From a virus (lineage: Duplodnaviria > Caudoviricetes), in IMG/VR virus record IMGVR_UViG_3300009868_000002, positions 1-64,000 of that record: a DNA stretch of 64,000 nt. One strand, 5' to 3'. Below the pieces are notes generated by a model. That model was given only the letters and a program-made list of their open reading frames with translations. It searched no databases and had not been told where the DNA came from. The translations under genes and the position numbers were made by a program. How positions within the stretch are numbered: the first letter of the stretch is position 1; each line of letters starts with the position of its first letter. This document shows positions 28,027 to 38,703 of this stretch, one piece after another.

Positions 28027-30161
28027 TAACTGTCAGAAAGACTTTCAACATACAGGTGGAGAATACTCCATTTACTTTTACGCTAACACCTGGCTCGGAG
28101 TGCATTACGGTAGCTACCGTATCGGAGTCAGCTACACAGGTGGTAGTCGACGTAACTTTTCTTAATGAAGAGTGCGCCGCCAATGCATCCTTTACGGCTA
28201 CTGTCGTTGACAACGAGGGATGTATCCTTACTACGGCAGTAGATATACCATCACCCTGTGATACTTTTACCGTCACGGATATTAGCGTAGACAGCAATCT
28301 TACTTTTTCGGTGACAGCCTCTGGTGGTGTGGCACCCTATACATATCAATGGCAGGTTGATACGCTGGTATTCAATGTTAATGAAACTACTGGTGCTAGC
28401 CTGCCTATCAAGGAGCTGCTAAGTACGCCATCAAGTACCGTCGTGTACGTTACGGTAGCGGATAGCGCCGGATGTGAGACTACCAAAGAGCTCAACTATA
28501 GTTTCTGCAAGCCCACGATAGATGATGTTACGGTGAGCATGATTGCCAAATACGCTGATGGCGCCAGTCCTTCGGCGTGCCCTGGAGCATGCTCTATAGG
28601 TACACAGACACTGGTACGTACGACGTCGCCTTGTGCTGCCGCCGTTGACTATAGTAGTACCGTCTTCAATATCGATGACCCCAACATTTGCATTTCTGTC
28701 AGTGATGAAGGCATCGTTACGGTATACTCTAAATACACGGAAGCAGATACATTAAGCTTTACATATTACGTTATCGATGCCAACGGCTTACAGTCGGACC
28801 CTGCTACCATAACGGTAAACATTCCTGACTGTGAAGTAGCGGCATTACCCAAGTATGTGTCTGTTGCAGGGGAGATACAGCGTGTTTCTGCCAGCGCACA
28901 GACGGGCGATGTACTTACTTTCGATGTCGTCGGCAGGGCAGTAAGCAGCTCTGACTTGGATTGGGATACTTTCGAGTTTCTCAATACTCCCAGTATGGGT
29001 ACGGTAGCGCTGGCAGTACCTGGTGTTATCGAATATACCATTACAGCGGCGATGCCGGGGACGGGTGCTGACCCCATCATTTGGCATATCGCCAATGACG
29101 AAGGTGCCGATAGCGGCTCTGTTGCCGACGTCGTCGTCTACGATTTGCTTCCTGCACCCGTTACTGTTACGGACCACGTATGTGTAGAATGTGATGTACA
29201 ATCTGCTGACACTGATATTCTTGCTAACGATACAGGGGATATAGACCCCTCTACGGTACAGTTTCTGAGCATCGACCCTGACATACAGATTACGGGAAGC
29301 AATGGAGTGTACAAGTTTAAGTCAGGATACAGCGCCAGTCTCGCTAATACTATTACCTATACGGTAGACAACCACGATGGTGTCACCAGCAACGTAGGTG
29401 GAGTAGTAGTGCACAGCGTATGTGCCGGAGTGCTTAGCCAGTCAGTCATTGATGCTACCTGCACCAGGGAGTTTTACATAGGGGATTACCTGACGAGCCA
29501 CAGCTCATTTCTCTATGCCATTACAGAGCCGGATGGAGCTAACCCGGATAGCTATACAGGGCAAGGCGGCGTCATCGATACTTCCTTCCCCTGTACCTAT
29601 GGATGTTTCGACTTTACATCCATCAGCGGTGGAGATTATGTATTTGAAATAGAGGCTACTAACTCGGTGCCCTGTGTCAATACACAGACTATCTCCTTTA
29701 CGGTACATATCGAAGATGTTCCTGCTCCCGGCAATGATGACTGTAGCGGTGCATACAATATGCCGTATAGCAATAATATGTATCTTAGCGGCAGCAACAT
29801 CGACCAGTGCCCGCGCATTGCAGCGCCTACAGATTCCGGTGCTGGTACTCCGGCAACCTGGGTGACGCCAATGGCAGGAGACTTGTGGTATACTTTCACA
29901 GTAAATGATGCCACAAACTTGACACCCTACATCTACGTCGTAGGAAGTACGATGGCTAATCCGCAAATAGCGCTATATGATGGTAGTTGTGGAAGTCTCA
30001 ACCTGCTGGCTGATGACGCTGTTGTAGGCACTACCGTGCAGTTGGACGGCACTGACTATACGACGCTGGTTGATGCTACCCAATACTGGATTAGGGTAAG
30101 CTGCCCCGAGGGCGATGAAGGAGCCTTCCGGGTGATAGTATCGAAAACTGCGATAGTATGA
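28023..30161 (+). CDS. Ig-like / cadherin-like repeat protein (capsid or fibre decoration, adhesin)
   Basis: ASGGVAPYTYQW, VTVADSAGC, ILANDTG, ITYTVDN, PGNDDC...DLWYTF...YWIRV; ATG at 28023. Confidence 0.7.
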   Translation: MITVRKTFNIQVENTPFTFTLTPGSECITVATVSESATQVVVDVTFLNEECAANASFTATVVDNEGCILTTAVDIPSPCDTFTVTDISVDSNLTFSVTASGGVAPYTYQWQVDTLVFNVNETTGASLPIKELLSTPSSTVVYVTVADSAGCETTKELNYSFCKPTIDDVTVSMIAKYADGASPSACPGACSIGTQTLVRTTSPCAAAVDYSSTVFNIDDPNICISVSDEGIVTVYSKYTEADTLSFTYYVIDANGLQSDPATITVNIPDCEVAALPKYVSVAGEIQRVSASAQTGDVLTFDVVGRAVSSSDLDWDTFEFLNTPSMGTVALAVPGVIEYTITAAMPGTGADPIIWHIANDEGADSGSVADVVVYDLLPAPVTVTDHVCVECDVQSADTDILANDTGDIDPSTVQFLSIDPDIQITGSNGVYKFKSGYSASLANTITYTVDNHDGVTSNVGGVVVHSVCAGVLSQSVIDATCTREFYIGDYLTSHSSFLYAITEPDGANPDSYTGQGGVIDTSFPCTYGCFDFTSISGGDYVFEIEATNSVPCVNTQTISFTVHIEDVPAPGNDDCSGAYNMPYSNNMYLSGSNIDQCPRIAAPTDSGAGTPATWVTPMAGDLWYTFTVNDATNLTPYIYVVGSTMANPQIALYDGSCGSLNLLADDAVVGTTVQLDGTDYTTLVDATQYWIRVSCPEGDEGAFRVIVSKTAIV

Positions 30162-30943
30162 CATTATATGAAACGTTTTCTCTGCTTCATGAAAAGTTTA
30201 GAAATATCAGATTCGAGCCCCAGCAGCATATCTATACGGACTTATGCACCGGCAAGCATCTGGTAAGTACGACAACCGCAATAGAGCGGTTCAAGAAGCC
30301 GTTTGACAAAGAGTTTTGGCTACGTGAGAAAGCAGCGGAAGCTGGCATCACCGTAGCGGAGTTGGAAGAGCAGTGGCGACGCAAGAAGGTGCGCGGACAG
30401 ATGATAGGGATACGATACCACGACTATATGGAGCGCACCTTCAAGCACATGGCACAGCAGCAGAAGCCCATCCCTGCCGTCGAGAACTACTTGCTGGAAT
30501 ATAATGATGTACCCCTATTGACGGAGTACATCATCGGCAATGAAGTCTTGGGTGGCATGGTAGACCACGTTGCGCTAAGGGGTGATAGCCTGGTGCTGAA
30601 AGACTGGAAGAGCAACAAGAAGTTTTACACCAACTCGCGCTACAGGTTGATAAAGGGATTGGAGCATCTTCCTGCCAGTGAGTTCAACGTCTATGCACTA
30701 CAAACCAGCATCTACCGATATATGCTGGAGCCCCTGCCTATCGAGAGACAGGAGTGCGTATGGTTCTTTCCACCGCGTAAGGAATTCTTGTCGGACAGCG
30801 CCTGGAATGATAAAGGGTATATCGTATTTGTTATGCCCTACTTAAGGGATGAAGCAAAGCATATCATAGAAACGGTAAGAAATGACGATAGCGCAACATA
30901 TTTCGGCGATACGCAACCTGATGAATCGCTTCTCGGAGACTGA
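30158..30943 (+). CDS. PD-(D/E)xK nuclease
   Basis: GMVDHV, LKDWKS, YALQTSIY. Confidence 0.8.
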   Translation: MTLYETFSLLHEKFRNIRFEPQQHIYTDLCTGKHLVSTTTAIERFKKPFDKEFWLREKAAEAGITVAELEEQWRRKKVRGQMIGIRYHDYMERTFKHMAQQQKPIPAVENYLLEYNDVPLLTEYIIGNEVLGGMVDHVALRGDSLVLKDWKSNKKFYTNSRYRLIKGLEHLPASEFNVYALQTSIYRYMLEPLPIERQECVWFFPPRKEFLSDSAWNDKGYIVFVMPYLRDEAKHIIETVRNDDSATYFGDTQPDESLLGD

Positions 30944-31553
30944 AACACCTTTCTCCGATGAGGCCCTATACCACTATTTCAATGCCGCTGCTTTAAGGCT
31001 GGTAAAGCAGAAGATGGAGAGAAACTTCAAAACCAGCGATTGGAACACCAAGCTATTCTGCATCAGCTTGGTAGCTGATACTATCCATAATTGTGAATGC
31101 CTGCCCAGCTGCACGGTGCTCAAAAGCACTACCGCCATTCCTCGTCCGCTAACTAGCCGTAACAGGGACTTGCTGAAGGTACACACGCTGGACCATCGGG
31201 ATATAGCCTACATGAATCCCAGCACTGCCTATACTTATCAGTACGATGAAGTCAGGGAGAACAGGCTCAGCTACAGCATCATCGATGACCATATCGTATT
31301 GTGGAATGCCGACACCACCAATCTGGTGCCGCGTGCTATTTTGGTAAGTGGCTACTTCGAAGATATCAGCCAGTGGAGTGGCATTGAAGCTTGTGATGAT
31401 AACGGTGAAGGCACGGGAGAAGTATGCTTCGATATCTTCACTTCCGACTATCCCCTGGATAACGACTTGGTAGACCCTGCCTATAGAATGGTACTGGAGA
31501 TATTGCGCGTACCTATTTCGATACCTGACGACAGAGTAAATGAGCAGAGGTAA
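30882..31553 (+). CDS. Tail ring protein (crAss-like)
   Basis: C...LKS...IP and C.D...DYP.D motifs; gene order. Confidence 0.6.
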   Translation: MTIAQHISAIRNLMNRFSETETPFSDEALYHYFNAAALRLVKQKMERNFKTSDWNTKLFCISLVADTIHNCECLPSCTVLKSTTAIPRPLTSRNRDLLKVHTLDHRDIAYMNPSTAYTYQYDEVRENRLSYSIIDDHIVLWNADTTNLVPRAILVSGYFEDISQWSGIEACDDNGEGTGEVCFDIFTSDYPLDNDLVDPAYRMVLEILRVPISIPDDRVNEQR

Positions 31554-32118
31554 ATATAGCAAACCTATCGAAGAGCGTGCCGCTGAAAAGGGGCGCTTTA
31601 ACTATGGCAACTACATCACGCTGGATGCCCTGTATCGTCAATATCCCCATCGCAGGCGTGTCCCGGGAGCAGGCATCACAGCGCCCCCCTATATCAAAGA
31701 TAAGGATGTCAGCACCCATGAATATGCTTTGGACTTCAGGGAGTGGAAGGTAGTCGTGAAGTGCTATTTTAAGTATTTGCTCCGTTATTTAATTAAGGGC
31801 TACACTTATAAAATTCCTTGGGGCTGTGGTTTACTAACGCTGGTAAAAGTACGGCGTGCCCGGCGTGACCAGGCGCTAAATCAAAAGCGCTATAAGGAGA
31901 CTGGCCAGAAGGGATACATAAAGGGATACGACTACAACCTGGATGGTTATAGCCTGTTGCTAAACTGGAACAGGAGCCTGAAGACGGGAGCACAGTTTCC
32001 CTTTAAGTCGTATTATAAGGTAGAGATTATAGAGAATGTCTTCAGAGGCATCGTAAAAGCTATGCGGCTAGACAGGAGTATGTTATACAGATTACAAAAC
32101 GCAAAGGGCGATGAATAA
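31540..32118 (+). CDS. IHF/HU-like basic protein
   Basis: IKGYTYKIPWGCGLLTLVK; crAss-like tail modules carry IHF-like genes. Confidence 0.55.
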   Translation: MSRGKYSKPIEERAAEKGRFNYGNYITLDALYRQYPHRRRVPGAGITAPPYIKDKDVSTHEYALDFREWKVVVKCYFKYLLRYLIKGYTYKIPWGCGLLTLVKVRRARRDQALNQKRYKETGQKGYIKGYDYNLDGYSLLLNWNRSLKTGAQFPFKSYYKVEIIENVFRGIVKAMRLDRSMLYRLQNAKGDE

Positions 32119-32875
32119 ATATGTGCCGTTAGATGCAGTGCTAAACTATGTTCCTGAAGTGGTAAAGCAGGATGTCGATACCGTACAGATGCTGTCATGG
32201 GCTAACCAGGCGTATAGGGATTTCAACCTACCCAGCCAGCTGGAATTGAAGGTAGTGCTGATAGACGTAGTGAGTCATAAAGCCAAGCTGCCCAGTGATG
32301 TAAGGCTGATTGTCGACGTGCTATATTCACAGGTACAGAATGACGGCACCGTCACGGCACTGCAGGACTTTGGAGAATATAGAGTGATAGTATACCAGGA
32401 GATATTTTTTGGTAGCACCTACTACCTTAATGGTAAACCCCTGAAGTACAAGGGGCAGAACAGGGCTGCGTTAATCGACGAGAGCCTCTACTGTCGTACT
32501 TGCGAGATAGGATTTACGCTGGATAAGACGATGACGTGCATGACAATAGACTTGGCGGATGGAGAGGTGACGCTGGTATACTATGCCAGCGTGAAGGACG
32601 AGAATGGAAACGTCATCGTCCCCGATGACCCTGCCCTAATGGAAGGTTTAAGCTGGCATATCCAGAGCAGGTACTGGCTGAATAAGAGCTACACCCATGA
32701 AGAGATGGCGTACAAGTTTCACACCGACGCCATGGTAAAGGCAAAGACGATGCTGGACAAATTCAGGGGCAAGGAGATACTCCGTGCTATAGAGCCTGAC
32801 AGGCATAAGAATTTCGTCTTCAGACGCAACAGATACTCCTACGAATTTTCGCGCAACACAGGACATCGCACATGA
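32111..32875 (+). CDS. Tail tubular / ring protein
   Basis: KAKLPSD, YYASVKDENGNVIVPD; precedes the muzzle gene. Confidence 0.65.
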   Translation: MNKYVPLDAVLNYVPEVVKQDVDTVQMLSWANQAYRDFNLPSQLELKVVLIDVVSHKAKLPSDVRLIVDVLYSQVQNDGTVTALQDFGEYRVIVYQEIFFGSTYYLNGKPLKYKGQNRAALIDESLYCRTCEIGFTLDKTMTCMTIDLADGEVTLVYYASVKDENGNVIVPDDPALMEGLSWHIQSRYWLNKSYTHEEMAYKFHTDAMVKAKTMLDKFRGKEILRAIEPDRHKNFVFRRNRYSYEFSRNTGHRT

Positions 32876-35800
32876 GTGATAACAGCACATACCTTCCTAT
32901 TCTGGGATTAAGTAAAGACACCGATGTATCGGCACAACCGGAGAATACATTAACCTTTGCACTTAACGTAGTGCATGATAGTGTCGATGGCAGCCAGGGT
33001 AGTGTCGTTAATGAAAACAGTAACAGGCTATGTGTGGAGCTGGATGGTGATATCTGTGGCGTCATTCCGATGAATACTACTTACCAGGTGATATTCACCG
33101 ATGCAGGGTGTATCTATAAAGTAGACTTGCAACAGTGTACCGCCGAGTTGCTGGTAAAGATTGCAGACTTTGGCTTTAGTACACAGTATCCTATAACCGG
33201 GGAGTATAGGGTGGTACGAGGTTGTGAAGATGTCATTTACTGGCGTGATAGCCTGAATCAAGACAGATGGTGTAACCTTACCACCCTTTCCTCGTATCCT
33301 GACAGGTTCACCACTATCAATGATTTTGCCCTCAACCCCAACGTAGGCTATCCCGACATCGCTGTAGAGGTGCTCACCAGTGGGGGTAATCTGGAATGGG
33401 GTAGCTACAGCTTCATTGGCGAGATGCTGGATGACGGCTTCAATGTGGTATTGCGTACGCTCCCTACAGAGCCTGTGCAGATAGGGCCTGGGCTAAACCT
33501 GGATAATGCTACAGCAGAAGAGGGAGCACTGCCAAATTCCAACAAGTCCATAAAGCTGACATTTACCAACCTGGATACAGACTTTCGCTACTTGCGCATT
33601 GCGGTATTGCGCAGTGCTACAGGTGACGGCATAACGACAGATGCGCACTACGTAGGCGAGATTATCCCCTATGCATCCATCAAGCAAAGCTTTATCTACA
33701 GGGGATTTAATACAAGCAATGGAGATACGCTAATCGATAAGAATAGTGTGCTGGTGCCTTTTACGATATACGATACCAGCAGGGTAATGGAGCAGGTGCA
33801 GGGAAGGCTGGTGAGAGCCAACCTCACCGAGCAGCAAATAGACTATTCTTCTTTTCAGCGTGCTGCCAGCAAGATATGTACGCGCTATGTGGTGAGCTAC
33901 GATAAGCATAGAAGCGAGCAGGGTGATGAGGTAAAGGCATACGGAATAGTATATGTCTTCCGTAACGGCACTATCAGTCCTGTCTGCCATATTCCGGGCA
34001 GGGCAAAGCTGCCTCATGATGCAACGGTAATTACTACTACGCTGATTGGGACACCCAGTCAGGAAGGTACTTCCACGGAGTCCCTGACAGTAGCAATAGT
34101 GCTTACACGCAGTGGCACCGATTATACGTTGTTCTATCAGTTTAGCCAGGATATCGCTACGGGCACCGTATTGCTGGAGACGGCGACAAGCCAGGATATG
34201 GTTAATGTAGGTACTTCGGCGACGATAGTGCTAAGTACGGATGATGAAGATGACTTCGTAGAGCTGTCGTTTGATGTGGTGACAGTAGACGGAATGCACT
34301 ATACCAGTCATGACTGGCTTTCCCTTCCTTTTGATGATGAGCGTACGCTAAATGCACAGGGCGTAGCAGGTACCGAAGTGGAATACTGGCAGCTGTACAA
34401 TACGGCGGTGAAGGACGCTACTCCCATGGCGGGATATATCTCCAGTGGTGAGATGGGCTATTATGAAGTAGCGGCGACGTACAGCAATCCACCCAACTTC
34501 TGTGGTATAGATTACTGGGGTGCCGACTGTAATGGCAACTTGCTGGCAGGGACGCCGATACGGCATCACCGCATTCCATGCCGTACGATAGAGCCTCTGA
34601 CGGAAGGAGACAGGCCCCGATATATAGGAGTGTACTTCAGCAATATCGAATATCCCCATGCCGATATCGTAGGGCATTATTTCGTCACCTCGTTGCGTGA
34701 TGAGACGACGGCGACAGTTATCGCCAGTGGATATATGGTACCTTATAACTATGAAGAGAATAATGGCAACGATATTCAGGAAGGCAGGTATATTCACTAT
34801 CTGCCCAATGCCAATGATAACGGCGTACAGATAAACTCGCTGGAGCAGAACCTTATCACCAATGAGTTTCTTTTTGACGGCAAGGTAGTACAGGGAGATT
34901 TCGTAAAGGTTAATGGATTTTATCAGTCCAGCCATACCCAAAACCGCAAGGAGCACGATGATGCCTACAAGAAGATATTCCTGAAGTCGCTGCCTTACAG
35001 CAACCTGGAGCTCTATGGTAAGCATCACCTGACGACGACGTTCAGCCCCCAGGAGGAGTTTATAGGTATTGAGAAGTCGATATTGCTACCCAGCAAGTCT
35101 ATCATCGACGAGGTGCCTAACAGAAGTCACACTTCAGACTTCAACATACTGACGCTTAGCACGCTGCCTGGTGTATTCAGCACCACCCGTGCCAATCTGA
35201 ATTATGTATACATCAAGTCGGGAGTGCCTGTGCTGAATAACTTGGCGGCGATACGATACAGGCCCTTAACTGTGGAGCTGGGCAGTGAAGACGATAGTGA
35301 GGGTTACTTCAGTGGCGATGTATTTATCTCCCGGCTGGATATAACCAATATATCGTCGGTAAGCATAGGAAGCACTATCTCGAATGTCGACTACGTAAAG
35401 TTTGCTATACCTTTTGTTGGTCCAGCCTTAGCGCTATTTGACTTGCTCAATGACAGCGATGTCGATGTACACTTGGAATATGAGTTGATACAGAAGCTAT
35501 GGATAGAGTCGGTGCATGACTTGAATTACAGGCACCAGGGGCTGGACTGCAACAGATATTACGACGAAGAAACGGGGCAGAGCATCGACGACTTCATCAT
35601 TACCAAAGTTGCTGAAGTAGCAGACCCCGATGAAGAGAAGAGGAGGATGCGGCTGCGCTCCAGCTTCTGCATAGAATGGTATGGATATAATGATGACTTG
35701 TCGAAGCTTAACGATTCGCGTACCTTCATTTCTCTCCCTTACAGCTACAACTTCTGTTCCAGCTGCCTGAATAGCTATCCCAATAGATTAATATGGAGTG

Positions 35801-37137
35801 AGCGCAGCTTTGAAGAAGACTTGTCGGACAACTACAGAGTCTTCAAGGCAAACAACTATTTCGATAATGCTCCCCACCGTGGAAGCATTCAGGGATTGAC
35901 GTACAAGCAAAATTACTTGTTGCTCCGCACGGAAGAGAGCAGCTTTGTATTGCAGCCCAACCCGCAGCAGCTGCAGGCTGACGGTACCAACATCTATATA
36001 GGCACGGGGGATTTCCTGTCTATTCCACCTTATGAGATGGCGAGCACCGACTTAGGGTATGGAGGGCAGCAGGGCACGCTGGCCAGTGCTAATACACCAC
36101 ACGGACTGGTATGGGTGGATACGCTACGAGGTAAAGTTTTTTCTCACGCAGACAGCTTTGAGGAAACAAGTAGATACAAGTTATATCACTGGTTTGAGCA
36201 GAACCTTAAATCTTTCCTTATCAAGGACTTCCATGCTGCCGGATTTACGCTTAACTTTGACCAGGTCAGAGTCGCGTATGACAGCAAGTTTGAGCGCACG
36301 ATAATCCACAAGACGGATTACAAATTTACACAAAAGCTGCTGGACCAGATAGCGTTAGGAAATGTGGTACAATCCGGTGACAAGCTACAGTTGAAAAAGA
36401 GCCTACATGGGCAGCCTGCTGGCATCATTGAGTACACAGACTCTGACTACTTTGAAAATAAGAGCTTTACCATATCGTATAGCCATCGCACGAAGACATG
36501 GATAAGCTGGCATAGCTACCAGCCTCATTTTATGCTGACGGCAGCGAATACTTTTGGCAGCATCATCGCCAATCAGCTATGGCTACACGACGACTACTAC
36601 AGCTTCGGCAAGTTCTTTGGCATACAGTACGATAGCGTTATAGAGTTTGTTGACAGAAACTTCATCACGCAAAATCCTCATGCTATACACTACTACAGCC
36701 AGGCACAGCAGTATGTTGATGGGCAGTGGGTAGATGCTAACGGCATCACCTACACGGATGTGTTGGTATATAACCGTAACCAGTCAACGGGAAAGGCAAG
36801 TTTGGTATGCAACCCTGCAACAACGTTGGGGTGGAGCAATAGCAGTAAGCCCGTGATGATGAGGGACAAGAATTACAAGATAGCGCAGCTGCGGGACTTG
36901 GCGACAGGCGCCCCCGTGAATACATCGCAGTGGAGTGCTATCAGCAGCTACTTCAGCGATGGACAGGGATACATCGATTTGGTGCCCAATGCTGCAGCGA
37001 TAGATGTGAATAAGGCAATGCATGAGTTGAATGAGCTAAGGGATAAGTACGCTGTGGTGAGGTTATTCTTCAGTCATGGCGACTATAAGCTGGTAACATA
37101 TCTGATACATATTGATAACTTTCAATCTGTTAGGTAA
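32872..37137 (+). CDS. Tail stabilization / muzzle protein
   Basis: 1421 aa; GLSKD, IRHHRIP, GDVFI, YPNRLIWS, SFTISYS...WISWHSY.P. Confidence 0.8.
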   Translation: MSDNSTYLPILGLSKDTDVSAQPENTLTFALNVVHDSVDGSQGSVVNENSNRLCVELDGDICGVIPMNTTYQVIFTDAGCIYKVDLQQCTAELLVKIADFGFSTQYPITGEYRVVRGCEDVIYWRDSLNQDRWCNLTTLSSYPDRFTTINDFALNPNVGYPDIAVEVLTSGGNLEWGSYSFIGEMLDDGFNVVLRTLPTEPVQIGPGLNLDNATAEEGALPNSNKSIKLTFTNLDTDFRYLRIAVLRSATGDGITTDAHYVGEIIPYASIKQSFIYRGFNTSNGDTLIDKNSVLVPFTIYDTSRVMEQVQGRLVRANLTEQQIDYSSFQRAASKICTRYVVSYDKHRSEQGDEVKAYGIVYVFRNGTISPVCHIPGRAKLPHDATVITTTLIGTPSQEGTSTESLTVAIVLTRSGTDYTLFYQFSQDIATGTVLLETATSQDMVNVGTSATIVLSTDDEDDFVELSFDVVTVDGMHYTSHDWLSLPFDDERTLNAQGVAGTEVEYWQLYNTAVKDATPMAGYISSGEMGYYEVAATYSNPPNFCGIDYWGADCNGNLLAGTPIRHHRIPCRTIEPLTEGDRPRYIGVYFSNIEYPHADIVGHYFVTSLRDETTATVIASGYMVPYNYEENNGNDIQEGRYIHYLPNANDNGVQINSLEQNLITNEFLFDGKVVQGDFVKVNGFYQSSHTQNRKEHDDAYKKIFLKSLPYSNLELYGKHHLTTTFSPQEEFIGIEKSILLPSKSIIDEVPNRSHTSDFNILTLSTLPGVFSTTRANLNYVYIKSGVPVLNNLAAIRYRPLTVELGSEDDSEGYFSGDVFISRLDITNISSVSIGSTISNVDYVKFAIPFVGPALALFDLLNDSDVDVHLEYELIQKLWIESVHDLNYRHQGLDCNRYYDEETGQSIDDFIITKVAEVADPDEEKRRMRLRSSFCIEWYGYNDDLSKLNDSRTFISLPYSYNFCSSCLNSYPNRLIWSERSFEEDLSDNYRVFKANNYFDNAPHRGSIQGLTYKQNYLLLRTEESSFVLQPNPQQLQADGTNIYIGTGDFLSIPPYEMASTDLGYGGQQGTLASANTPHGLVWVDTLRGKVFSHADSFEETSRYKLYHWFEQNLKSFLIKDFHAAGFTLNFDQVRVAYDSKFERTIIHKTDYKFTQKLLDQIALGNVVQSGDKLQLKKSLHGQPAGIIEYTDSDYFENKSFTISYSHRTKTWISWHSYQPHFMLTAANTFGSIIANQLWLHDDYYSFGKFFGIQYDSVIEFVDRNFITQNPHAIHYYSQAQQYVDGQWVDANGITYTDVLVYNRNQSTGKASLVCNPATTLGWSNSSKPVMMRDKNYKIAQLRDLATGAPVNTSQWSAISSYFSDGQGYIDLVPNAAAIDVNKAMHELNELRDKYAVVRLFFSHGDYKLVTYLIHIDNFQSVR

Positions 37138-37307
37138 TGGCAACGAAGAGCAAAAAGAGGTGGATACAGTCCGCCGTAAAGGGCATGCGCAAAGACAAAC
37201 CGTGCACGGGTAAAAAATTCGGTGGCCCTAGCTGCCCTCCAGGGAGTAAGCGTTATAATTTGGCAAAAACCTTCAAAGCAATGGGTAAGCGCCGGAAGAA
37301 CAAGTAA
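37137..37307 (+). CDS. Small very basic protein (56 aa)
   Basis: MATKSKKRWIQSAVKGMRKDKPCTGKKFGGPSCPPGSKRYNLAKTFKAMGKRRKNK fills the gap; below the ORF track cut-off. Confidence 0.65.
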   Translation: MATKSKKRWIQSAVKGMRKDKPCTGKKFGGPSCPPGSKRYNLAKTFKAMGKRRKNK

Positions 37308-37309
37308 TT

Positions 37310-37759
37310 ATGAAAAGCAAACTTATGCGTAAATGCTGCAAGGGAGGATACCTGCAGCAGGGAGGCCCTCTGGAGGCTAAATACACTCAAGTAGGCAGTG
37401 CAGCAGGTTCCGTCCTGGGTACTGCCTTAACTGCTTTAGGGGTGCCGGGGCTTGGTGGTATCTTTTCAGCGTTAGGCTCTGTGATAGGCAAGAAGATTGG
37501 TGAGCCGAAAGACTTGCAGAATCGGCTCAACGAGTTGACGGTAAATAAAAATCCCTATGGCTTCGCACTGGGTGGTGCTCTCTCCGGCATGGAAGATGCC
37601 GCCGTCTATAAAGGGAGACTTCATAACAAGGGAGGCATTATGGTAAACGCTAAGGGAGTGCCTTCCAATAAGCCTGATGCAGAAGTCGAAGGAGGAGAAG
37701 TAAAAGTAACGCTTGGTGGGAAGGAATATATTTTCAGTAATAGATTAATTATAAAATGA
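37310..37759 (+). CDS. Virion cargo protein, N-terminal part (probably split)
   Basis: Gly-rich TM segment, H..GG, AEVEGGEV...YIFSNRL. Confidence 0.65.
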   Translation: MKSKLMRKCCKGGYLQQGGPLEAKYTQVGSAAGSVLGTALTALGVPGLGGIFSALGSVIGKKIGEPKDLQNRLNELTVNKNPYGFALGGALSGMEDAAVYKGRLHNKGGIMVNAKGVPSNKPDAEVEGGEVKVTLGGKEYIFSNRLIIK

Positions 37760-38703
37760 AAACACCTTATAGCTATATAGAGAAAAAAGACTTAATTTAT
37801 GGATGTTACGGATATATTTATATGACTATAAATACTGCTAATGGAATGTCATATATAGGAGCGAGGACGAACGCTTTTGCTGCTTGTGATAAAAGTTACT
37901 TGGGAGGTTCCCCACTTTTAAAGAAAGATGTTAAATTATATGGAAGGGATAGCTTTAAAAAGTATATCATTACTGAAGGGTTTTATACTCCTGCTTTCTT
38001 AGGTGAATTAGAAAAGCACTATGTAAGATTATACAACGCTGATAAGGATGTTAATTTTTATAATCAGTCAGCAGGAGGAGATTTAGATATGATTGCTTTT
38101 CGATACAGAGCATATGAAATTACTAGAAAGCCTGTTTTTGTTTTTAGCAAAGATGGTATTCTATTAAAGAAATATGATTCTATAGCAGAGTGTGCTAAGG
38201 GCTTGAAACTTTCAACAAGAACGATAGGAATAAAAGCAGCAGCTAGTAAGTGGCTTAATTCGCTTAAGTGTTATATATCTTTAAAGGAGAATTTCGACAC
38301 AGCTAAAGCATCTCCACCTAAATATACAATCTACGATATTGATAATAATAAAGTAGAAGCTTTCCATACGCAAACAGAGTGCGCAGTTTTTTTAAACTGC
38401 ACTCTTCCTCAAATATCAGAGTCTATTTATCATAATAGGTGGCTCCGTAGGAAGTATCAGGTCAGACACTTTGATGAGTCTATAGTAGGACTTCCTGGAT
38501 ACACAAGAGCAGTTAAAGTAACTAAAAACGACGAAGTTATACAGTTTAAACGCGTTAAGGATGCAGCTCTATTTTTTGCTGAGAAATTTGGGTTTAAAGG
38601 CAACGTGACTCCATTAATTATTAACAGAATTAAATGTAGTCGCTTGTTACGCGGTTATAAAATAGAATACAATGAAGAAAGGAACAGTTGTGGACAAATA
38701 TAA
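37756..38703 (+). mobile_element. Free-standing GIY-YIG homing endonuclease gene with NUMOD1-type repeats
   Basis: GYIYMTINTANGMSYIG, YLGG, FYN, KPVFVFSKDGILLKKYDSIAECAK; visibly more AT-rich than flanks. Confidence 0.85.

Noticed and set aside
37756-38703. Group I intron or intein around the GIY-YIG gene
   Set aside because: The ORF overlaps both flanking ORFs, has no non-coding flanks for a ribozyme core and lacks intein terminal motifs.
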